Virus record (IMG/VR): IMGVR_UViG_3300035152_000026
Location: 22,002 to 86,001 of that record
Source of the DNA: a virus
Reading direction: 5' to 3' (one strand)
DNA length: 64,000 nucleotides
The position numbers and the translations under genes were made by a program. Shown piece after piece: positions 1 through 8,028 of this stretch. Numbering within the stretch: position 1 is the stretch's first letter; every line of letters begins with the position of its first letter. The notes under the pieces were generated by a model, which was given only the letters and a program-made list of their open reading frames with translations, had not been told where the DNA came from and made no database searches.

Positions 1-351
1 ATCGTAACTCGTTTGTCGAAAGCTGATGCACAGAAGAAGGTCACCGAACTGGGCGCAGACGATATCCTCGAAGTCGTCAACGCTGAGAACCCGCGCATCT
101 CGCTCGTTCGATGCAAGATCCCCGTCGTTCGGCGTGGCCCCGAGCTAGACCGCGGCTACCAAGCACTGCAAGCTGTTGCAGACGCCGACTCTGCCATCGG
201 ACGTGAACGCCAGAAGGCCCGTGAGGCCAAGGAGAAGGCTGCCGAGAAAGCCGTAGCGGCTCTACCCAAGAAGCCGGCTGTCCCTGCTACCGCCCCCGCT
301 GAGCCAGCGCCTGCGCCGGCCAAACCAGGCCCGAACAAGCCCAAACCGTAG
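1..351 (+). CDS. hypothetical protein, probably 5'-partial; Pro/Ala-rich C-terminal tail
   Basis: ORF 13..351 (TTG) stays open back to window position 1 in the same frame. Protein-like composition. Convergent with the next gene. Confidence 0.4.
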   Translation: MVTRLSKADAQKKVTELGADDILEVVNAENPRISLVRCKIPVVRRGPELDRGYQALQAVADADSAIGRERQKAREAKEKAAEKAVAALPKKPAVPATAPAEPAPAPAKPGPNKPKP

Positions 352-353
352 GG

Positions 354-2013
354 CTAATCCAGGTAGCCGTACTCGTGCGCCATGTCGCGAAGCGCCTCGT
401 AGCAGTCAGGCGCCTCGCGCTTGATGTCTTCCCACGTCAGCTTTCCATGTGGACGCGTGTTGCTGGTGAATGGGCCCTCGGGGAATGGCTTCTGTGGCAG
501 TTTCAAGTAGTCGAGAAGCTCTGGCCACGCCGAGCCTTCACCGCCATGCAGATCCTCGACGCGATAACGGAACGACGTAAACGCCTCGATATAGCGGTTC
601 CATCGCAGAACGAAGAGGGCATAAGCCGCGACTGAGTCGAGGTTCGCGGGCCACTCCGGGTCCTGATTGGCGATGTGATCGTAGCGTTCGCGGTGTGAAC
701 GCAGCGCGTTGTGCGCTAACTCCCAACCAGAGTGCGCGCCGAAGTCGATCGTGGGCATCGATGCGATGACTTTCAGTGGGTCACGTACCTGGTGCGCGAT
801 GGCAGTCCACTTGTCGAACGTGTAGCTGTATTTTCCCGTGTAGCGGCCTACTGCTTCGTTCCAGTAGGTACGGTCGATGCCTGGGTTGATGTGGCACCAG
901 CTGACAGTCACGATGCTGCCCATCTGCTCGTGCTGCACGTCCGTGTCGTGCTCGGCAAACGCAGCGCGAAACACCGTGGTGGCATATACCGTGCCGCTTC
1001 GTGGCGTGCCAGTGATGAGCACGGGCGGCGGCCGATTCATGGCTGCGACAAGCCCGTCGATGTGCTTCTGCGCGTCCTCGATTTTCGGAGCTGGTCGCCC
1101 AATCGCAGGCTGTTCTGTGACTACCTCACGGCTTGGCTCAGACGCTTCGATCTTCGGCTCGTCGGGGGGCGCGGTTGGAGCATCCACGTCGGGTTTTGCA
1201 GGTCCTGCTGCTGCTGCTGGCTTCGTCAGATCGACGAGATCTTGCTTGCGTGCCACAGTCAAGATTCGGTCGATGCCCTCGACGGTTGGGAAGAGGGGCC
1301 TCGGCGGTTTGTCCGCGGGATACCATTCGCAGGTGTCGAAAACGCCGTCAGGGTCGATGATCTTCGGGGTGCCCTCGAATGCATCCGCGACGAGTACACA
1401 ACTCAGGAAGTGCTGCGCAGCCTGTTCGAGGAACGTGTTGACGTACGGCACGAGTCCGGGAATCTTTGGGTCGGTAATACGCAACCCGACTGTATCCTGG
1501 ACAGCACGGCGCGCAGCCCAGGTGACGGATTCGCCCACTTCAAGTCGTGCTTCTGGGAAAGTCCAGAGTTTGCTCTTTTTCAACCGGCAAAACAGTAGAT
1601 CATTCTCGCGGCGAACCATCACGACCACGCTGGCTTGCACGTCGAGGCGATCCGTCGAGTTGACGTTGCGGATCGTGTAGCCCTCCTCGCAGCCTTCGGG
1701 ACCACTTTCAGCCCATTGCCGTGCGTGGCCTTCCACAGCAAACGTCGCCAGAGGCTCCTGGCTGTCCGGCGGCGCAAAGACAGCAAACACGCGACGGTCA
1801 CCGCTGAGCAGCTCCGGCGGGTTCGGACCTACAGTGATGTACACCGGTCGCTTGTCTTGATCCTCCTCGACGATCAACACTGCTTCTGGGTGCTGATCTC
1901 GGATGTTTCCGAACGCCTCGACAAAGGCGCGAACTCCGAAGGATGAGAACTTTTTGGCCAGTTTGGCTTCTGGGCCCTCAACAACGTCTCCGATACGAAT
2001 GATGGTCTTCACG
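354..2013 (-). CDS. Nudix-like hydrolase / sulfotransferase fusion protein
   Basis: ORF 354..2612(-). The N-terminal ~200 aa are Arg-rich low-complexity, so the start was moved to GTG at 2013 (VKTIIRIGDV...). Nudix-box-like GESVTWAARRAVQDTVG. Pro-rich linker. C-terminal ITGTPRSGTVY PAPS-binding (5'-PSB) sulfotransferase motif. Confidence 0.55.
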
Positions 2014-2052
2014 GTGTAAGTTGTACTACATGACTCTGACGTACATGAAATT

Positions 2053-2068
2053 GATCGCGGACGCGATC
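2053..2068. promoter_or_regulatory. GATCGCG-GA-CGCGATC palindromic operator-like site (copy 1)
   Basis: Perfect 7-2-7 inverted repeat in the divergent intergenic region between 2013(-) and 2133(+). Confidence 0.5.
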
Positions 2069-2132
2069 TCGTGCTACGTTGAATCAGGCACGGCGGTCGC
2101 CGGCCATCTGAAGACAAACAAAGGGGTAATGT

Positions 2133-2690
2133 ATGGCCCTCGAACAGAATTCTGTTGTCCTTTTCGACTCCTCTGACGTAGAGACCGGTACAGCCGCCAA
2201 TCCACTCCGTGTTGACCCAACCGGTACAACCCCCCAACCGGTTACTGGTACCGTAACCGCGAATCAGGGCACACCGGCGGTTGTCGGCAACGCGTGGCCC
2301 ATCAAGGTCACCGACGGTGTGAGCACCGCAGGTATCGCGACGACTGCGCCGACAGCGAACGCTCCGGGCCTCGTAGTCCGTGTTGCGGGCGCTATCAGCG
2401 TCACTTTCTCGCAGCCAGCTACGGGCACGGTCACGTCGGTCAGCGTGACCAGCACGACCACTGCGACGACGCTTCTGGCAGCCAACGCAAACCGGCTCGG
2501 GGCAAGCTTCTGGAACGACGGCGCCCAGGTCGTTTACGTTCGGCTGAGTGCTGGCGCAACAACGGCGCTGTTCACGGTGCGCATCTCGAACAAGGGCTTC
2601 TACGAGCTTCAATTCCCCGCTTATACCGGCATCGTGACTGGAATCGTCGCGGCCGGCGTGGCCGTCGTGTTGGTCACTGAGTTGACCTAA
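2133..2690 (+). CDS. Thr/Ala-rich putative virion structural protein
   Basis: SD aaagggg 7 nt upstream of ATG. Thr/Gly/Ala-rich composition typical of fibre or decoration proteins. First gene of a plus-strand operon. Confidence 0.55.
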   Translation: MALEQNSVVLFDSSDVETGTAANPLRVDPTGTTPQPVTGTVTANQGTPAVVGNAWPIKVTDGVSTAGIATTAPTANAPGLVVRVAGAISVTFSQPATGTVTSVSVTSTTTATTLLAANANRLGASFWNDGAQVVYVRLSAGATTALFTVRISNKGFYELQFPAYTGIVTGIVAAGVAVVLVTELT

Positions 2691-2732
2691 ATTTCTTGAT
2701 CGTCACACCGATCAGGTAGACTACTCGCCGTC

Positions 2733-3299
2733 ATGGTTCCGCTTGAAGACGGCAACACGGGCATCGAAGACGACGCATCCGGTGCTCGTGTTCTCAGTGG
2801 CCGTTTACAAATCATTCCCACCGACGCGAGCGGAAACCCGGTCGATGTCATCTACGATAGTACCAGCGGCGGCTACATGCTCCGCATGGCAGGCCAAGTA
2901 GTCGTTTCGCCATCGCCCATCCCTGCTGGTGGAACTCCTATAACTGTTGCAGCGGATAACCCTCTCGAAATCACTGGTGGAACGAGCCCGCACGACACAG
3001 CGTACACCATCACGAACGGCAAAACGTTCTATCTTCAGCAATTCGTTGCTGGCTGTCAGGGCGATCCAACTGCGTCAGGTTCCGTGATCGAGTTGTATTT
3101 TGATGACGGTACAGAACATCTCGTAGATCGCATCTACATCGACGGGTTCACAAACTATGTAAGCTACGCCGATGTGTACAAGACCCGAGACGGAACAACG
3201 ATGGTAGGGAACGGCTCCAACCAAGTCATCGTCAGACGAAGACGCTTGTCCAACTCCGGGCAAGAAGTAGACGGCGTAGTTAGAGGGTACGAGGCGTAG
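2733..3299 (+). CDS. putative structural protein
   Basis: 188-aa ORF in the structural-like operon. Gly/Thr-rich. Confidence 0.5.
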   Translation: MVPLEDGNTGIEDDASGARVLSGRLQIIPTDASGNPVDVIYDSTSGGYMLRMAGQVVVSPSPIPAGGTPITVAADNPLEITGGTSPHDTAYTITNGKTFYLQQFVAGCQGDPTASGSVIELYFDDGTEHLVDRIYIDGFTNYVSYADVYKTRDGTTMVGNGSNQVIVRRRRLSNSGQEVDGVVRGYEA

Positions 3300-3301
3300 A
3301 C

Positions 3302-4147
3302 ATGGCAGGCGATACGATATTCAACGTCGAAGGGCTGGTTTCGACCAAATCCACACTTGATACAGGGCTTGTCACCCCAAGCGTGGGGCAGTCACTGAAG
3401 ATCGACGTGCAGGGATTCCTCTACGACATAGGTGGCCTTCGCGGAGCCTATGCGGGGGCTGTTACGCAAAGCGTTTCGGATGACGACACAAGCTACGTGT
3501 ACCTCGACAAATCGGCGTCACTGGTCATCAACACAACAGGCTTCCCCACTGGAGAGACCTACATTCAGCTCGCTCGTGTCGTTGCTGCTAATGGGGACAT
3601 TGCAGCCATCTACAACGAGAAAACCCTACTCGCTGCATCGAGTTCTTCGATCGGAACATGCCACATCAGCTATCCCGTTGACGGTGACGTGCGCGGTGGT
3701 GTGACATCGGCTAGCTCAAACAACGACTTTGCCGCAATTCGATTCGATTCTGGTGGCGACGGATGGAACCGAATCAACCGTAAACCCCCACAGAACTACA
3801 CGAGCGGCGATCTCAAGTTCCGCTTCTACTACTCCTGGCCCAGCGCCATCGGCAACAACAAAGAAGCGCGTTGGCGACTCGACTACGCGTTTCGATCTGC
3901 TTCTGACGCGCTGGGAACGTGGGACGGCTACGATCAACAAGATTTTGATGTTTCTGATGAAGCAGCTGATACGCTACTCTACAAAGAGCTTACGCTGCCA
4001 TCAGGAGACTTCGACATAACCGCTGATCTCATGCTGCTCAAGATCAGTCACCTGGGAACCGAGGACGACTGCCCAGAAAACTGCTACGTGCATCAGCAAG
4101 AGCTGATCTATACGGGCAGATTACTTGCCGGACAGGCAGGACAATGA
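3302..4147 (+). CDS. putative tail fibre / receptor-binding associated protein
   Basis: ATG 3 nt after the upstream stop. 281 aa. Its stop overlaps the next start (ATGA). Confidence 0.55.
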   Translation: MAGDTIFNVEGLVSTKSTLDTGLVTPSVGQSLKIDVQGFLYDIGGLRGAYAGAVTQSVSDDDTSYVYLDKSASLVINTTGFPTGETYIQLARVVAANGDIAAIYNEKTLLAASSSSIGTCHISYPVDGDVRGGVTSASSNNDFAAIRFDSGGDGWNRINRKPPQNYTSGDLKFRFYYSWPSAIGNNKEARWRLDYAFRSASDALGTWDGYDQQDFDVSDEAADTLLYKELTLPSGDFDITADLMLLKISHLGTEDDCPENCYVHQQELIYTGRLLAGQAGQ

Positions 4148-5055
4148 CGAAGATGAATAGAAAGGTGAAACCCCCCATGGCAATCAAGATTGATGTGCTC
4201 AAGGCCAGCTCGACGCAGGACTACTTGCTTGGCTATGCCGAGCGAATCTCGATGGACCCCGAGCTAGGTGACGACAACAACGTCATCTTGAAGCAGCAAG
4301 TGCGCGTCATTCACAAGAACGGCAAGTACGCCATCTACACGGTCTACGCCTGGTACCAGGACGGCACCGACGATAACGACATCAGGATGGCCCTCGCCGG
4401 CCGACAACGGCTCGACACTGACGACTCATTCAAAGGCACGATGGAAGTCGAAGCGCTCGCGCAGGACAAAGACGCGAGCTGGCTCCAGAGCAACAACGAG
4501 TACGGTGAGTTTCTCGACGAGACCGACGACCAGCAGACTGCCTTCGTTGTGTGTGCCCCACACGGTGGCATGATCGAGAACTACACTGACGAGCAGGCCG
4601 AGCGTGTCCAGGCCAACCTGGCTGGCCAATCCAAGAGCAGCTCGTGCTGGACCGCGAAGGGCTGGAATTCGGACGTCGGAGCCTATGACGCCTGGCATAT
4701 CACCTCGACGGAGATCAGTGAGGACTCGTTCCACAAGCTCGGGCAGCTTCTCAACCGTACGTTCACCCACGCGGTTGCCTTTCACGGCTACTCCGAATCC
4801 GACATCGCGGTCGGAGGTGGTGCGGCGCTCGCGCTCAAACAAGAAGTCGCTACTGCGATTCAGGCAGCGGTCGGCCAGGCATACAACGTCGTGGTCGTTA
4901 CTTCCGGCCCGTACGGTGGCACCGACCCAGACAACTTCATCAATCGGCTGTCCAACGGTAACGGCATCCAGATCGAGCAACCCTACGGAGCCCGCTCGAA
5001 CTACTGGCAAGCCATCGCTGATGCCGTCGCCAGCGTCTTCGCTGGAAAGCAGTAA
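4144..5055 (+). CDS. putative depolymerase; C-terminal poly-gamma-glutamate hydrolase (PghP)-like domain
   Basis: ATGA overlap with the upstream gene. C-terminal segment FVVCAPHGGMIENYTDEQAE...AVAFHGY resembles the zinc-binding PghP family, recalled from memory. Confidence 0.5.
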   Translation: MTKMNRKVKPPMAIKIDVLKASSTQDYLLGYAERISMDPELGDDNNVILKQQVRVIHKNGKYAIYTVYAWYQDGTDDNDIRMALAGRQRLDTDDSFKGTMEVEALAQDKDASWLQSNNEYGEFLDETDDQQTAFVVCAPHGGMIENYTDEQAERVQANLAGQSKSSSCWTAKGWNSDVGAYDAWHITSTEISEDSFHKLGQLLNRTFTHAVAFHGYSESDIAVGGGAALALKQEVATAIQAAVGQAYNVVVVTSGPYGGTDPDNFINRLSNGNGIQIEQPYGARSNYWQAIADAVASVFAGKQ

Positions 5056-5162
5056 TGGGTGAGGAGTACAAACGCCCATGGCCTTGGATCGTAGCCATAG
5101 GCTGCGTTGTTGCATTGCAGCTTGTGACGTTGGGCCTGGTCGTCTGGCTCCTAATCCGGTGA
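5055..5162 (+). CDS. small hydrophobic membrane peptide (35 aa)
   Basis: ATG overlaps the upstream TAA. Single predicted TM helix (WIVAIGCVVALQLVTLGLVVWLLI). Below the ORF-track cutoff. Confidence 0.25.
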   Translation: MGEEYKRPWPWIVAIGCVVALQLVTLGLVVWLLIR

Positions 5163-5212
5163 TCCCGGACGCGATATTGCCTTTCAACCCGGGGTCGGGA
5201 TAGACTGGGGCC

Positions 5213-5692
5213 ATGCACAAACGTGTGGCATGGCTCCTACCTGTCTTGCTACTTATAGCTGTCAGCAACTGCGGCCCGGATGCGAAGCAGAAAGCCCTTC
5301 GTACCACACTGACCGGGCTTAACGCTGCGCGTGACGGTTTCGTTGCTTGGGACTACGTGCATCAACAGGGCATTGTAGATAGCGCTGTCAGCCTCGAAGA
5401 CGGCAAGGCGAAACTCAAGGACTACCGCACGAAGCGCGAAAAGGTCGTCATCTCCTTCGAGCTGGCCTACCGCGCCCTGGCTGTTGCAGCCCTGGATATG
5501 ACCTCAGCGAACATCGGCGAGGCACTGCGTGCGGCTGGCGACCTCTTTGACCTGGTTCGGGCACTCATGGACAAGGACGCGCCTGAGTTGCCGTCAAATA
5601 CGACTGCGCCAGTAGAAGCACCCGCAGCTGCGGAAGAAGTGCCTCCTGCGCCTACCACAAGCGAGCCCGCAGCTACACCAGCGAGCCCTTAG
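5213..5692 (+). CDS. putative lipoprotein with Pro/Ala-rich C-terminus
   Basis: Signal peptide with LLLIAVSNC lipobox-like Cys. 159 aa. Confidence 0.5.
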   Translation: MHKRVAWLLPVLLLIAVSNCGPDAKQKALRTTLTGLNAARDGFVAWDYVHQQGIVDSAVSLEDGKAKLKDYRTKREKVVISFELAYRALAVAALDMTSANIGEALRAAGDLFDLVRALMDKDAPELPSNTTAPVEAPAAAEEVPPAPTTSEPAATPASP

Positions 5693-5693
5693 C

Positions 5694-6239
5694 ATGGAAG
5701 CCCGCGACAACTACTACTGCGTCGTCCATCCGATGCAAGGTGCGGATGGGCAAGTCATCCAGCCGGCGTGCACACCAAACACTGATGAGGCTGCGGAACG
5801 GTTTCGCGTATTCAAGGCTTCGATCAACAGAGCTGCGACCGTAATGGGTCTCAGCATGCAAATCGATGCCCAAGACCCGACGTTGGGAATGCCGGCCTAC
5901 CACTTGATGATCCACATCGCGCGGCGGCTAGCGAACCTTTGTCAGAGGCAGCGTACCGAAGTGCCGGAAATGGCAGCGACGTTGGCAGTTACCGATCCCA
6001 GAGATTTCCTGATTGTCGCAACGGACGTAGTGCGGCTAGAAGCGCTCATGACAGAAATCGAGCAGGGCGTCTACGGTCGTTGGATTCCCGCCCCCGCACC
6101 TATTGTAGGGCGCATGCCTCCACGTAAGTTGTTGACCATCGCAAGTGCGGGGTTGCTGTTTTCAACGGCGCTCTTCTTCACCCCCAAGGAGTGGACACTC
6201 TATGGCATTCGACCTAACGAAGTTCGACCAAGCGAGTGA
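5694..6239 (+). CDS. hypothetical protein
   Basis: ATG 2 nt after the upstream stop. 181 aa. Confidence 0.45.
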   Translation: MEARDNYYCVVHPMQGADGQVIQPACTPNTDEAAERFRVFKASINRAATVMGLSMQIDAQDPTLGMPAYHLMIHIARRLANLCQRQRTEVPEMAATLAVTDPRDFLIVATDVVRLEALMTEIEQGVYGRWIPAPAPIVGRMPPRKLLTIASAGLLFSTALFFTPKEWTLYGIRPNEVRPSE

Positions 6240-6501
6240 CGCAGATCAGTTCATAGAGATTTCACTCGCTGGGCTTTCGGCCATCAGCCATTTGATTGGC
6301 GGTGAAGTTGCGGGGTCTGCGGCAGCAGCGCTCAAGGCTGTACAGTCGATCGTTCAGTCCATTCAGGACACCTACGATGGCAAGCTCACATTCGATCAGG
6401 TACGTACAGAGTTCGCGGAGCTACTAGCCAACCTCGAAACCAACGACGCTGCCGCAGACGAGGCACTGCGCCAAAGGTTCGACACAGACAAGGAGAACTA
6501 G
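6202..6501 (+). CDS. hypothetical protein
   Basis: Internal ATG of ORF 6145..6501, preceded by aaggag SD. 99 aa. Confidence 0.45.
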   Translation: MAFDLTKFDQASDADQFIEISLAGLSAISHLIGGEVAGSAAAALKAVQSIVQSIQDTYDGKLTFDQVRTEFAELLANLETNDAAADEALRQRFDTDKEN

Positions 6502-6504
6502 AAC

Positions 6505-6948
6505 ATGGCTATCAACTTTACCCTTGCCGAAGTCACGCCGCACCGTCTGCGGTACCTCTGCCTCGACGATGGGGATGCGACAGTCACCCCTTCGACCGGG
6601 CAGATCGGAAACACCGGGGCAGGCACGCCAGATCTGCGTGCTGACGCGGCCGCGATTCACGATTCGCCGATCCACAAGCTGGTGTCCACTGCGGTGACCA
6701 GTCAGGCGGACGCGCGCAAGCTGCTTGCGGGCGAGGGACTGACCACCGATGCGGACATCGATACGCCGCGCGCGCATCTGAAGCTCACGCCCAAGAACAC
6801 GCAGGCAACACAGATTCCGTGGGCGGTCGATGCCGATCTTGGCGTCGGTGGATCCGCTGGCTACGCCGTCATCAACGTCTATGGTTCGACGCTCGCGGGA
6901 GCACTCTGTTTCCTCGATGTCGAGTTCGAGCACACCATCACGAGGTAG
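6505..6948 (+). CDS. paralog family A member 1 (TLAExTPHRLRYLC ... YLDIEFEHTITR)
   Basis: SD caaggag. 147 aa. Shares N- and C-terminal motifs with three other ORFs in this window. Confidence 0.6.
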   Translation: MAINFTLAEVTPHRLRYLCLDDGDATVTPSTGQIGNTGAGTPDLRADAAAIHDSPIHKLVSTAVTSQADARKLLAGEGLTTDADIDTPRAHLKLTPKNTQATQIPWAVDADLGVGGSAGYAVINVYGSTLAGALCFLDVEFEHTITR

Positions 6949-6966
6949 TCCTCACAGGAGAAGAAC

Positions 6967-7377
6967 ATGGCCATCACTTTCACACTCGCTGAATCCACGC
7001 CGCATCGCCTTCGCTACCTCTGCACCAACGCGGGCGATACGCTTTTCCCATCCACTGGCACACTCGACAACGCGACGTTGCAGACCGACGCAATCGACGG
7101 CACGCCGATGGCGGACATCATGGCAACGGCGACAGCTGACCAAGCTGCGGCGCGTGAGCTACTGCTCGGGGAGGGCCTGACCACCCAGGCGGACATCAAC
7201 ACGCCGCGCTGTCACTGCAAGCTCACTCCACGCAACCTGGTCGCCGATCAGGAACCGTGGGCAGTGGATGCGGATGCGGCGGCGAACCATCCGGTGCTAG
7301 TCGTCTACGCCTGCGATGCCAGCGGTCCGACGTACGCGTACCTCGACATCGAATTCGAGCACACGATCACGCGGTAG
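6967..7377 (+). CDS. paralog family A member 2
   Basis: SD caggag. 136 aa. Tandem paralog of 6505..6948. Confidence 0.6.
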   Translation: MAITFTLAESTPHRLRYLCTNAGDTLFPSTGTLDNATLQTDAIDGTPMADIMATATADQAAARELLLGEGLTTQADINTPRCHCKLTPRNLVADQEPWAVDADAAANHPVLVVYACDASGPTYAYLDIEFEHTITR

Positions 7378-7962
7378 CTGCGTCCAGCCAGCGAAGCAGT
7401 GACTGGTACGGTGTCGAGCATGCCGTACCATCACATAGTGCGGGCGGCCATCTAACCACTCGATCAGCTTCCGTGGTCGCGCTCGGATGAACGCGCTGTC
7501 CGCGCCAATATCCCGGTTGGGGTACGCTCCGTAGCCGTGGAATCGCCGTGTAAATGCCAGCGTGCCGGGCGCGAGCCATCGATCGGTGGGCGTCTCCCAG
7601 AACGTGTCTGTAGCCTCTTCGTAGCTCCGAATCCCCCCAAACACGGACGCTTCTTTTCCGTCTCGGATAGCAGCTACCTGCACCGACACGCGAGCCGGCC
7701 CGTGCCAGTCATCGTCATCCCAGGTAACCAGGATGTCACCTTGCGCTAGCTGGACTAGCGCTTCGCGTTTCCAACCAAGAATCTTGCGCTCTTCCTGACG
7801 AACTAGCCGAATACGTGAGTCTTTTGGAACCGTAATGGCTGGATCGCCGTCGTCCAGGACAACGAGTTCACGCTCTGTGTAGTCCTGTGCGAGGAAGTCT
7901 ACGATAGCCTGCTGGGCGCGTTGTGGACGGTCAGCAGTCGGCATCAAACAGGACACGAGCAT
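7297..7962 (-). CDS. GT-A fold glycosyltransferase-like protein
   Basis: N-terminal SCLMPTADRP and a WDDDDWH acidic motif. Paralog of 15196..15990. The C-terminus overlaps the convergent gene by ~80 bp. Confidence 0.5.
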   Translation of the reverse strand: MLVSCLMPTADRPQRAQQAIVDFLAQDYTERELVVLDDGDPAITVPKDSRIRLVRQEERKILGWKREALVQLAQGDILVTWDDDDWHGPARVSVQVAAIRDGKEASVFGGIRSYEEATDTFWETPTDRWLAPGTLAFTRRFHGYGAYPNRDIGADSAFIRARPRKLIEWLDGRPHYVMVRHARHRTSHCFAGWTQLPRDRVLEFDVEVRVRRTAGIAGVDD

Positions 7963-7975
7963 GCTACCTATCGTA

Positions 7976-7991
7976 GATCGCGGACGCGATC
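7976..7991. promoter_or_regulatory. GATCGCG-GA-CGCGATC operator-like site (copy 2)
   Basis: Divergent region between the glycosyltransferase (7962, -) and the fibre gene (8029, +). Confidence 0.5.
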
Positions 7992-8028
7992 ATTGATAGG
8001 CTAATCAAAGTACGCGAATGGAGCATGC

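Noticed and set aside
354-2612. Full-length 752-aa minus-strand ORF
   Set aside because: The N-terminal ~200 aa are Arg/Cys-rich low-complexity, typical of GC-rich out-of-frame read-through. The gene is called from GTG 2013.
4426-5307. 293-aa minus-strand ORF (and similar long antisense ORFs at 12412..13269, 20147..20737, 25097..25693, 41978..42676, 45873..46601, 60821..61789)
   Set aside because: They lie entirely antisense to well-supported plus-strand genes, have Arg/Ala/Pro-rich composition and lack an SD. These are typical high-GC shadow ORFs.
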